A stretch of 53,785 nt of DNA, taken from contig JANNAN010000019.1 of the NCBI GenBank assembly GCA_031384385.1, forward strand, positions 1-53,785, given 5' to 3'. This DNA is from Candidatus Tayloriibacteriota bacterium. GTDB taxonomy: Bacteria > Patescibacteriota > Minisyncoccia > Phycocordibacterales > PALSA-1337. The position numbers were made by a program, and so were the translations under genes. Below the pieces are notes generated by a model, which was not told where the DNA came from, ran no database searches, and was given only the letters and a program-made list of their open reading frames with translations. Shown in pieces: positions 37,139-45,259 of the stretch (its first letter is position 1; each line of letters starts with the position of its first letter).

Positions 37139-38030
37139 TGGTGTTTATGTTTTCACTTAGAGAGGGTAGAGCTTCAATAACATTAGCTGTCATATCAGGC
37201 AGAGAATTTGAAGAAAAACTAGAAGGTGTAGTCGTTTCAGTGATAGTTTCAGAAATCAAAACTCCATCTATTGGAGCAGTAACAATTTGTCCATCAATTA
37301 AGTCTGATTTTATAGAAGTGATAGCTGTATCTTCTTGTATAATTTCTTCTGTAACTAGTTCAATATTTTGTGGTATTGGTTTAATATCACTAAATCCAGA
37401 CATTGCCATTTCTCCTGTACTATCTGAACCAAAAACCATATGTGCAAAATCAAAAACCGTACTCTCTGGATTGTCATATGTATATTCTTTGTAAATTCCA
37501 TCATCAATTTTTATTTTGAAAGTTCCTGCCTCTCCTATTTTTTGATCAAAATTGATTGTGAAAAGATACCATTTATCAGCATCATAATCTGAAAGTAAAG
37601 AAATTTGTTGGTCTGCTTCTTCTAATATAATACCTTTTGATTCAGTAAATTTAATACTAAATAACATCTGACTACTAGCATCTGATGTTAGAGCATTAAA
37701 ATAAAACAATCCTTTTTTATTATGACGCATTCTTAATTGAAAAATTCCGCTATTTAATGGTGTGATATCGTGAACAGCTGTGATAAAACCATCATGAATC
37801 ATTTCTACATATTTTGTATCTCCATCTGGATATGTCGTAGAAACATTGGCAATCCCATTAGAATTTCCTGAATGATTTGTTACCACCCAACCACCTTGCC
37901 CATTAAGATTGCCAAGACTGTATGATTCAAAAGTATCTTCAAATGCCCAATTACTATTTGCAGATACAAAATTTACAGTAAAAAACATCAAAACTAGAGG
38001 AAATAAAAATTTTGTAAAAAGTTTCTTCAT
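37113..38030 (-). CDS. secreted LamG/concanavalin-like lectin-fold candidate
   Basis: Signal peptide ...FTVNFVSA. The beta-sandwich-like sequence WAFEDTFESYSLGNLNGQGGW...KWYLFTINFDQ...FKIKIDDG resembles LamG-type domains. Thr-rich C-terminus. Overlaps the next gene by 26 nt. Confidence 0.45.
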   Translation of the reverse strand: MKKLFTKFLFPLVLMFFTVNFVSANSNWAFEDTFESYSLGNLNGQGGWVVTNHSGNSNGIANVSTTYPDGDTKYVEMIHDGFITAVHDITPLNSGIFQLRMRHNKKGLFYFNALTSDASSQMLFSIKFTESKGIILEEADQQISLLSDYDADKWYLFTINFDQKIGEAGTFKIKIDDGIYKEYTYDNPESTVFDFAHMVFGSDSTGEMAMSGFSDIKPIPQNIELVTEEIIQEDTAITSIKSDLIDGQIVTAPIDGVLISETITETTTPSSFSSNSLPDMTANVIEALPSLSENINTNGTTTTTF

Positions 38031-38064
38031 AACTAATATAAACTATGCAATATTTTATACTTTT

Positions 38065-39591
38065 TTACCAAGAGTAGATGAAAATAGCACCTCTACCACC
38101 CGCGCCACCAGCACCACCTAATCCTGGGTTCATTCCCACTCCACCTCCACCTCCTCCACCACCATGTATGCCACCAGCACCACCAGCACCACCAGCGGTT
38201 GAGGCAGTAACAGTCGTGCCTCCTCCTCCACCACCCGCGCCACCTTTTGTAGAATTACCCGCTGCACCAGCAGTTCCAGCGGTTGGAGAAGCTCCATCAG
38301 TACCTACCGCTCCTCCTCCAGCCGCAATGTAAGAAGTAACTCTACCTCCTGCTGAACCAGCAACTATAGCTGGGGTAACATTGTGATGCCCACCTGAACC
38401 CCCACCTCCACCGCCAAAAATAGAACCACCTCCCACAACACTTGCTGGAGCTGAAGTACTTCCACCACCACCTGCACCACCATATTCAGCATTGTGTGTA
38501 GTAACAACAGTGATTGGGCCCTGAGAACCAGTTCCTCCTGTAACACCAGTAACATTACTTGTTCCAGGAAGTCCTCCAGCTCCTACTGCTGTACTACCTG
38601 TACCACCGGCACCTCCATTACCCCCACCTCCACCTCCACCACTTGCAACAGCCGAAATAGCTCCCCCTCGACCACCACCACCTCCAAATGCTGAAAGTAT
38701 AACTGTTGTACCAAATGTAGAATTGCCACCGATTCCTCCATCACCACCTGCTGCACCAGCGGCTCCAGCTGCACCAGCAGTTCCACCAACACCCACATTC
38801 AAACTTTCAGTTGATCCTAAATCTGAGGCTCTGTAGAGTCTACTTACGAATACACCACCTCCACCACCTGCACCACCTTTTGCTACGACAGCTGTAGCAA
38901 GTGATGCACCTGCTCCACCTCCACCACCACCACCCCACATAACAACCTCTACGAAGTCTGGAATAAAAGTAGTCGGTTTTGTCCATGTTCCAGCACCTGT
39001 AGATGTGAACGCCTGTACATCGGATAAAGGAGAGCTCGACCATGTAGTACCGTTAGAAGTAAGCACATTACCTGAAGTTCCTGGAGCAACAAATGTAGGA
39101 TTACTCGTTCCATTTCCGAGAATAACATTGTTCGCTGTAAGTGTGGCAAGACCAGTACCTCCTTGTGCAACCGTTACAGCAGAGTCTGAAGTAAGAACAG
39201 TGGCATTGGCATTTGGAAATGTGAAAGTTTTAGCAGTTGAAGCTGGTCCAGCAGCAGTGAAGAATGCCATACCTGTACCTCCGTTTGCACTTGGTAAAAT
39301 ACCAGTTATACCATTTGTTAAATCGATCTGTGCCCATGCGGGATTATTTGATGAACCTGTATTGGAAAGATATCTTGTGGCGGAAGTATTTTTTGCCAAA
39401 GCTGTAAGTGTGTCTGCTGCTGATCCATAAAAAATATCACCCTGTGCTGCTCCACCACCAATAGCACTAAAATCATGTCCGGGATTTGGAGTTACAGCGA
39501 ATGCGATACTGATTATGGAAAATGAAATTAGAAGAAGCCAAAAAATACTTAGAGCTTTATTTGTATTTGAAACGAGAGATAACTTTTTCAT
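38065..39591 (-). CDS. secreted tail-fibre-like protein with a glycine-rich C-terminal domain
   Basis: Signal peptide ...IISIAFA. Repeats ITGILPSANGGTG and VTVAQGGTGLATLTANNVILGNG are the GGTG motifs seen in phage tail-fibre-like proteins. FTSTGAGTWTKPTTFIPDFVEVVMWGGGGGGGAG starts a ~280-aa Gly/Ala-rich domain. Confidence 0.65.
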   Translation of the reverse strand: MKKLSLVSNTNKALSIFWLLLISFSIISIAFAVTPNPGHDFSAIGGGAAQGDIFYGSAADTLTALAKNTSATRYLSNTGSSNNPAWAQIDLTNGITGILPSANGGTGMAFFTAAGPASTAKTFTFPNANATVLTSDSAVTVAQGGTGLATLTANNVILGNGTSNPTFVAPGTSGNVLTSNGTTWSSSPLSDVQAFTSTGAGTWTKPTTFIPDFVEVVMWGGGGGGGAGASLATAVVAKGGAGGGGGVFVSRLYRASDLGSTESLNVGVGGTAGAAGAAGAAGGDGGIGGNSTFGTTVILSAFGGGGGRGGAISAVASGGGGGGGNGGAGGTGSTAVGAGGLPGTSNVTGVTGGTGSQGPITVVTTHNAEYGGAGGGGSTSAPASVVGGGSIFGGGGGGSGGHHNVTPAIVAGSAGGRVTSYIAAGGGAVGTDGASPTAGTAGAAGNSTKGGAGGGGGGTTVTASTAGGAGGAGGIHGGGGGGGGVGMNPGLGGAGGAGGRGAIFIYSW

Positions 39592-39699
39592 AAGATTTAT
39601 AATTAAATTATAACATCTTCTATATAAAATGCGAAACCTTAATTTTATTTATCTAAATAAAATTAGATGAGAATTATGTCTGAATAGTTACAAAGCAAT

Positions 39700-39797
39700 T
39701 GTGCGCCCAGTTGGAATCGGTCACGGATATTCGCCTACTGGCGAATTCCTTGACCACGCCTCCTTCGCCTTCGCTCAGTCCGGCTTTCGATTCCAAC
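39700..39797 (-). other. tRNA-Lys 3'-end fragment plus a GC-rich hairpin element (possible att-site scar or tRNA-derived element)
   Basis: The 20 nt at 39700-39719 (tgtgcgcccagttggaatcg) are identical to 39845-39864, the 3' end of the intact tRNA-Lys. An inverted copy cgattccaac lies at 39788-39797. An imperfect 14-bp hairpin lies at 39720-39754. Confidence 0.5.
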
Positions 39798-39808
39798 AAT
39801 GCAATAAT

Positions 39809-39834
39809 AAAAAACCAGAGACCAAAGTCTCCAG
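39809..39834 (-). terminator. intrinsic terminator after tRNA-Lys
   Basis: Minus strand reads CTGGAGAC-TTTG-GTCTCTGG (8 bp including 2 G-U pairs) followed by TTTTTT. Confidence 0.55.
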
Positions 39835-39846
39835 TTTTTAATTATG

Positions 39847-39919
39847 TGCGCCCAGTTGGAATCGAACCAACGACCCACTCCTTAAAAGGGAGTTGCTCTA
39901 CCGACTGAGCTATGGGCGC
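39847..39919 (-). tRNA. tRNA-Lys (anticodon TTT)
   Basis: Manual cloverleaf: GCGCCCA TA GCTC AGTCGGTA GAGC A ACTCC CTTTTAA GGAGT GGGTC GTTGG TTCGATT CCAAC TGGGCGC A. 73 nt; CCA not encoded. Confidence 0.9.
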
Positions 39920-39975
39920 AATGTGGCAAAACTATAACATAATTGTGCCAAATTTCAATAATAAATTCATTTTAA

Positions 39976-40347
39976 TTAAATTGGTAGATCAAAAGCCAAG
40001 AAACCTGGTCCTGTAAATAATAATGATAATGCCATAGCCAAAAGTAGAAGATAGTAATTTATTCCATTAGTTAAGAATGCTTTGAGTGTAATTTTGTGGC
40101 CGATTTTTATTGTTAAAATAATTACATTTATAAGCGAGGCAAGTTGAGTATAAAGTCCGACGATAAGAAATATTGCTGTAATTATTTCTATAATTCCGTA
40201 AGCTTTAGAATTACTTCCTGAACTTTTTCCTTCGCTGATTGTTTTTTTGTAGCCAAAATAGAAAAGTGTAATACCTAAAATTAGGCGAATGATCAAAGGT
40301 GCAAAACCTTGATAACTTAGTAAAGATGGGAAAATTGATAGTACCAT
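39976..40347 (-). CDS. DoxX-family small membrane protein
   Basis: 123 aa with 4 TM helices. APLIIRLILGITLFYFGYKK is typical of DoxX. Confidence 0.55.
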   Translation of the reverse strand: MVLSIFPSLLSYQGFAPLIIRLILGITLFYFGYKKTISEGKSSGSNSKAYGIIEIITAIFLIVGLYTQLASLINVIILTIKIGHKITLKAFLTNGINYYLLLLAMALSLLFTGPGFLAFDLPI

Positions 40348-40388
40348 ATTGATATTTAATTAAATTACTATAGAGTAATAATATAATT

Positions 40389-40856
40389 ATGGTATCACAA
40401 ATATATTTATTACTCCACAATATCAGAAGCACACATAATGTTGGGGCTATTTTTCGTACAGCAGATGCTGTGAAAGTTTCTAAAATCTTCATATCTGGCT
40501 ATACTCCAGCGCCTATTGATCGTTTTGGTAGAGTAAGACAAGATATCTCTAAGACATCATTGGGTGCTGAAAAAACTGTTGCTTGGGAAAGTATAGAAAA
40601 TATTAAATATCTAATTAAAAAATTAAAAAAAGAAGGATTTCAAATTGTTGGTTTGGAGCAAGATAAAAAATCTATTGATTATAGAAAAATCTCAAAGAAA
40701 GAAAAAATGTTGATTATCTTGGGGACTGAAGTTAGTGGTATAGAAAAAGAAATTTTGGATTTATGTGATGAAATAATCGAGATCCCAATGTTGGGCGAGA
40801 AAGAATCATTAAATGTTTCTGTTGCAACTGGAATTGTTCTGTATCAATTAATTTAA
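40389..40856 (+). CDS. SpoU/TrmH-family RNA 2'-O-methyltransferase
   Basis: 155 aa. HNIRSTHNVGAIFRTADA, LGTEVSGI and ESLNVSVATGIVLYQL match SpoU motifs 1-3. Confidence 0.8.
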   Translation: MVSQIYLLLHNIRSTHNVGAIFRTADAVKVSKIFISGYTPAPIDRFGRVRQDISKTSLGAEKTVAWESIENIKYLIKKLKKEGFQIVGLEQDKKSIDYRKISKKEKMLIILGTEVSGIEKEILDLCDEIIEIPMLGEKESLNVSVATGIVLYQLI

Positions 40857-41743
40857 TTTTCGCGTAGATTTTTTGTAGATAGTTTCTGATGAATATTGCA
40901 GAAATGTGTACCCCTAGTCCCTAGTACTATTCTAATAATTTTACCCTTGCATCCTTTTTTTGAACAAGGAGTTCCTGTTTTTCTGTATGCCCTATGTCGT
41001 TCTTGAAATTTTCCACGCTCGCCGTCTATGTTTCTATAATCAGACATTGAATCACCACCCAAATCTATTCCTTTTGAAAGAGTTAATTGTATAGATTTAT
41101 ATAGTTTCTTTAATTGTTGATTATTTAATTTCGAAATAAGTTCTTCTGGATGTATTTCCGCACGCCATAAACTTTCATCTGCATAAATATTTCCAATTCC
41201 AGCTATAATTGATTGATCCATTAAGACCATTTTTATTTTTCCTTTTAGTTTCTTATTTAATTGTTCTCTGAAAATATTGAAAGTAAATTCTTTTTCAAGT
41301 GGTTCTGGCCCAATTCCTTTCAAATGAAGCGTTTCGTTCATTGTTTCTGTTGAAATCATAGTAACCTTGGCAAATTTTCTCATATCACATAATTCCATTG
41401 TTTTCCCATTTGATAAATAGAATATTAAACGAATATGACGATTAAAAGGATCTTTTCTATTATAATTACCGTACATTATATGACCAGTCATTTTCATATG
41501 TATTAAAATGGTCTTGTTTTTTGAAAGATGAATCAGTACATTTTTTGCTCTACGATTTACACTTAATATTTTTAAACCTATTATTTCTTTTTTAAAATAT
41601 TTAAAGTATTCAGGATCTTTTATTGTGTCTGATCCTTTAAAATATGAACTATTATACTCACTCCATATATCAGTTATTATTAAGCCCGGCAAAACTCCGT
41701 TCAGACCCGAGGCTGTAGTTTGTACTTCTGGTAATTCTGGCAT
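40853..41743 (-). CDS. mutM: formamidopyrimidine-DNA glycosylase (Fpg/MutM)
   Basis: MPELPEVQT N-terminus; I placed the start at 41743, not the ORF-track 41761. H2TH region and a C-terminal zinc-finger-like CSKKGC-x16-CNIH. Confidence 0.85.
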   Translation of the reverse strand: MPELPEVQTTASGLNGVLPGLIITDIWSEYNSSYFKGSDTIKDPEYFKYFKKEIIGLKILSVNRRAKNVLIHLSKNKTILIHMKMTGHIMYGNYNRKDPFNRHIRLIFYLSNGKTMELCDMRKFAKVTMISTETMNETLHLKGIGPEPLEKEFTFNIFREQLNKKLKGKIKMVLMDQSIIAGIGNIYADESLWRAEIHPEELISKLNNQQLKKLYKSIQLTLSKGIDLGGDSMSDYRNIDGERGKFQERHRAYRKTGTPCSKKGCKGKIIRIVLGTRGTHFCNIHQKLSTKNLREN

Positions 41744-41763
41744 ACAATTCTTATAGCACACAA

Positions 41764-43026
41764 ATGAAATATTTTAAATACAAAATAGTTGCTTTCATTG
41801 CCGTAATTCTTCTTGGAGTTCCTTGGCTTATTAATACTTATCCAAATACAACTCAGTTTATCGATACTGTTTTTAGTTCTTTTGAAAATAATTTTGCGGC
41901 TGTGATTACCCGTAATGTCATTACAATGAATCAATTACAAGAGAAATATAAGGCTGTTTCAGAAGGGAATCCAAAAGTTCATATTATGATAGTCCCGGGA
42001 CATGAGCCAGATTATGGAGGGACAGAGTTTGATAGTTTAAAAGAAAGAGATTTGAATGTTCAATTGGCAAAAGATTTGCAGTCTTTTTTTGAGGGAAATG
42101 ATCATTATGAAATTACATTAGCACGAGACAAAAATACTTGGAATTCTGATTTAAAAAAATATTTTAATGAAAACTGGTCTAGTATAAAAACATTTTCTGA
42201 TGAAAGTAAAAAGAAAATTGTATCTTTGGTGAAAGATGGAGGCTTTGAAATAAAAACTGATGGTGTTTATCATAATTCAGCCAGAAAAGATGTTGTACTC
42301 AGACTTTACGGAATAAATAAATGGGTAAATGAAAATAAAATAGATATTGCTATTCATATTCATTTCAATGATTATCCAAGAAAAAATATTTCAAAAAAAG
42401 GTGAATATTCTGGTATTGCTATTTATGTACCAGAAAAACAATATTCGAATAGTCTTACTACAAGAACTCTTGCGGACGCTGTTTTTAAAAGACTAATTAA
42501 ATATAGTCCAAGTAGTAATTTGCCAAAAGAAAATATTGGTGTAATTGAAGATCAAGATTTGATTGCTATAGGTTCAAATAATACAGTCGATGCGCCAAGT
42601 ATGTTGATTGAGTATGGATATATTTATGAAACACAATATGCTGATCAAGTAGCTCGAGATTTAATTATAAAAGATTTGGCCTTTCAGACTTATTTAGGAA
42701 TTCAGGATTCTTTTGGTAGTGGAAATGATGTTTCATTTAAATATGATACTTTGCTTTTACCATATAATTTTAAAGAAATTATAAATAAAAATAGTACAGA
42801 TAAAGAATCAATTTTGGCCTTACAGACAGCGTTCTTACTCGAAGGATTGTATCCAGATAAAGGAGATACAAAAAAAGAATGTCCAAGAACAGGTAGATTT
42901 GATCCATGCACTTTATCTGCTCTAGAATCTTTTCAAAAGAAATATAATATTAGTGGTGAGGGGGGAATTGTAGGTAAAAAAACTTTAGAAGTATTAAATA
43001 GTAAATATTCTATTAAGGTAATTTAA
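41764..43026 (+). CDS. N-acetylmuramoyl-L-alanine amidase (Amidase_3-like) with a C-terminal peptidoglycan-binding domain
   Basis: N-terminal TM segment. VPGHEPDYGG and IAIHIHFNDYP resemble Amidase_3. The C-terminal LQTAFLLEGLY...ALESFQKKYNISGEGGIVGKKTLEVLN resembles PG_binding_1. Confidence 0.65.
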   Translation: MKYFKYKIVAFIAVILLGVPWLINTYPNTTQFIDTVFSSFENNFAAVITRNVITMNQLQEKYKAVSEGNPKVHIMIVPGHEPDYGGTEFDSLKERDLNVQLAKDLQSFFEGNDHYEITLARDKNTWNSDLKKYFNENWSSIKTFSDESKKKIVSLVKDGGFEIKTDGVYHNSARKDVVLRLYGINKWVNENKIDIAIHIHFNDYPRKNISKKGEYSGIAIYVPEKQYSNSLTTRTLADAVFKRLIKYSPSSNLPKENIGVIEDQDLIAIGSNNTVDAPSMLIEYGYIYETQYADQVARDLIIKDLAFQTYLGIQDSFGSGNDVSFKYDTLLLPYNFKEIINKNSTDKESILALQTAFLLEGLYPDKGDTKKECPRTGRFDPCTLSALESFQKKYNISGEGGIVGKKTLEVLNSKYSIKVI

Positions 43027-44295
43027 TTATCTATTTAGCATCTTCTCTATTTCTTCTTTTGTAATCTGTGCATCATTCCATGGAGTTTTTTCTCCGTAAG
43101 CACCCATGATATATGGATCAGTGCCTTTGCCAGTTATCAACAAGCTATCCCCAGTTTTTGCACTTTTTAATGCAGTAACTATGGCTTCTCTTCGATCCAT
43201 TATTATTCGTGGAGTTTGATTTTTAATACCACTTGCTACATCAGCTACTATTTTATTTGGATCTTCATCATAAGGATCTTCATTTGTAAGAATAATTTCA
43301 TCACAATATGAATCTGCTATTCTACCCATTTCTTTTCTTTTCCAATTGTCTCTTCCACCCCCAGTGCCACCTAAAACACAAATATTTTTTGAATTTTTAA
43401 ATATCTGATAAAGTTTCTCTAGAGAATCTGGAGTGTGTGCATAGTCTACTATTACGGTAAAATCTTGACCGGCATTTATTCTTTCAACTCTTCCTTTTAC
43501 TCCATTAAATTTTTCAATTGCACGAATAATTGTTTCTTCAGAAATTCCTAAATTTTTTGTACAAGAAATTCCTGCTAATAAATTGTATAGATTAAATAAT
43601 CCAGAAAGAGCAGAGTGTACAGACTTGCTCGCAAGAGTAAAATCAATACCTTCTGATTTGATTGTATAAGGTTCAGCATCTTTTATACTGTAAGTAGCTT
43701 TTTTATCTGAATCACATGCTAGAAACTTTTCTGCTTCTTTATCATCAGCATTAACCACGATAAGCCTGTTCTCTTTTTTAGATTTAACCATTTCATCAGC
43801 GATTTTTAATTTTGCTTTTACATATTTTTCATATGAACCATGAGAATCTAAATGTTCTGGCGAAAGATTGGTAAATACAAAAGCATCTAACTGAATAAAT
43901 TTATGACGGAATTGGAGCGTTCCCTGAGAAGTCATTTCTAGAATAATATAGTCACACTTTGCATTGACTGCCTTTCGAATAAGTCTTTGTAAGAACATTC
44001 TGCCGGGCATAGACATTTTGAATTTATTGTCTGTACTTTCATTATTAACTTTATAACGAATTGTATTTGAAAGAGCTGTTTTGTAACCAGCTTCTTCAAG
44101 AATAGCATTTATTATTTCTGTAGTAGTACTTTTGCCTTTTGTACCAGTAATACCAATAACCTTTATCTTTCTGGAGGGGAAGCGATAGATAATTGCGCCA
44201 AGTAAATTTGTTGAATAATGATAAAGGGGATTAAATATATTGAATATTTTTTTGGGTGTGTATTTTTTGATTTTATTTAATATATTGTCTAACAT
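43027..44295 (-). CDS. Mur ligase family protein (MurE-like)
   Basis: ATP-binding motif GITGTKGKSTT, plus DYAHTPDSL and GGTGGGRDNWKR. 422 aa, with a shorter N-terminus than typical MurE. Confidence 0.7.
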   Translation of the reverse strand: MLDNILNKIKKYTPKKIFNIFNPLYHYSTNLLGAIIYRFPSRKIKVIGITGTKGKSTTTEIINAILEEAGYKTALSNTIRYKVNNESTDNKFKMSMPGRMFLQRLIRKAVNAKCDYIILEMTSQGTLQFRHKFIQLDAFVFTNLSPEHLDSHGSYEKYVKAKLKIADEMVKSKKENRLIVVNADDKEAEKFLACDSDKKATYSIKDAEPYTIKSEGIDFTLASKSVHSALSGLFNLYNLLAGISCTKNLGISEETIIRAIEKFNGVKGRVERINAGQDFTVIVDYAHTPDSLEKLYQIFKNSKNICVLGGTGGGRDNWKRKEMGRIADSYCDEIILTNEDPYDEDPNKIVADVASGIKNQTPRIIMDRREAIVTALKSAKTGDSLLITGKGTDPYIMGAYGEKTPWNDAQITKEEIEKMLNR

Positions 44296-44305
44296 TTAAT
44301 TTTAA

Positions 44306-44884
44306 TTATTTACCTAGTATTTTTAATGCTTCTTTTATTTTATCATTAGTCTTTGTGAATGTTTTGGCAACTTCTTTCAATGCATCTCTTGCTTCATTTT
44401 GATTGTATCCAAGTGATTTAAGTGCCTCAAGCGCATCAGAATCATTTCGCATAGCACTCTTTGATTCTGGAGTATGCTCTATTTTATCCACTTTATCTTT
44501 CAATTCCATTACAATTTTCTCAGCAACTTTTTTACCGATTCCAGAAACCTTTGTTAAATGAGAAGTATCTCCAGTTTGAATTGCTGTTTCTAAAGAATGT
44601 ACAGAAGCAGAATTTAATATTCCGAGTGCTGTTTTTGGTCCAATACCTGAAATGGTAATAAGTAATTCAAAAAAACTAAGCTCTGAAAGGCTTAAAAAGC
44701 CGTATAGATCAAGGGCATTCTCTCGTACTGCAAGATATGTCCAAACCGTAACGGTCTTCTCGTCCTTGTTAAGTTTTGAGATTATGTCAACAGTTGTGGC
44801 GACTTTATAGCCAACCCCATTTACATTAAGAATTATGTATTTAAGATCAAAATGCACTATTTCACCTGTAAGTCTTGATATCAT
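44306..44884 (-). CDS. ruvA: Holliday junction DNA helicase subunit RuvA
   Basis: MISRLTGEIV start, HhH motifs ISGIGPKTALGIL and VSGIGKKVAEKI, 192 aa. Confidence 0.85.
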   Translation of the reverse strand: MISRLTGEIVHFDLKYIILNVNGVGYKVATTVDIISKLNKDEKTVTVWTYLAVRENALDLYGFLSLSELSFFELLITISGIGPKTALGILNSASVHSLETAIQTGDTSHLTKVSGIGKKVAEKIVMELKDKVDKIEHTPESKSAMRNDSDALEALKSLGYNQNEARDALKEVAKTFTKTNDKIKEALKILGK

Positions 44885-44942
44885 ACCTCTATCATAGCTG
44901 AAACCTTGTCTTTTTTAAAGGTATATGTTAGTTTTTAAATAT

Positions 44943-45206
44943 ATGGCAATAACATCATCAGCAAAAAAAGCTCTAAGAGCTGGTACAAGAAAGAGAGTAA
45001 ATAACCTTAGAACAAAGGCGGCTATTGATGTTCCTATGAAGAAATTTCGAAAATTTGTAGAAGAAAAGAAAGTAAAGGAAGCAAAGGCATTAATTCCAAT
45101 TCTTTACAAAGCATTAGATAAAGCAGCAAAGAGAAATTTTATAAAGTTCAATGCAGCATCAAGATACAAGTCTCGTATAATGAAAGCAGCAAAGAAATTA
45201 GGATAA
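44943..45206 (+). CDS. rpsT: 30S ribosomal protein S20
   Basis: MAITSSAKKALRAGTRKRVNNLRTKAAI..., basic, 87 aa. I placed the start at the second ATG (44943). Confidence 0.85.
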   Translation: MAITSSAKKALRAGTRKRVNNLRTKAAIDVPMKKFRKFVEEKKVKEAKALIPILYKALDKAAKRNFIKFNAASRYKSRIMKAAKKLG

Positions 45207-45207
45207 C

Positions 45208-45234
45208 AAAAAAACCGCATTATGCGGTTTTTTT
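45208..45234. terminator. bidirectional intrinsic terminator between rpsT and tRNA-Arg
   Basis: aaaaaaa-ccgca-tta-tgcgg-ttttttt: a hairpin flanked by an A-run and a T-run. Confidence 0.6.
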
Positions 45235-45259
45235 GTTATGAAATAAAGATTTAAAACTG

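Noticed and set aside
38078-39430. Several ORFs within or antisense to the Gly-rich gene (for example 38078-38332 plus, Pro-rich; 38364-38555, 38583-38798, 38840-39043 and 38949-39170 minus; 38494-38694 and 39005-39430 plus).
   Set aside because: They are mirror or shifted-frame readings of GGN/GCN-rich repeats (poly-Pro from the antisense of poly-Gly). The long minus-strand frame has a signal peptide and recognisable motifs, so these are compositional artefacts.
39699-39908. 69-aa plus-strand ORF spanning the tRNA-Lys region.
   Set aside because: It runs antisense through a well-folding tRNA-Lys and its terminator, so it is spurious.
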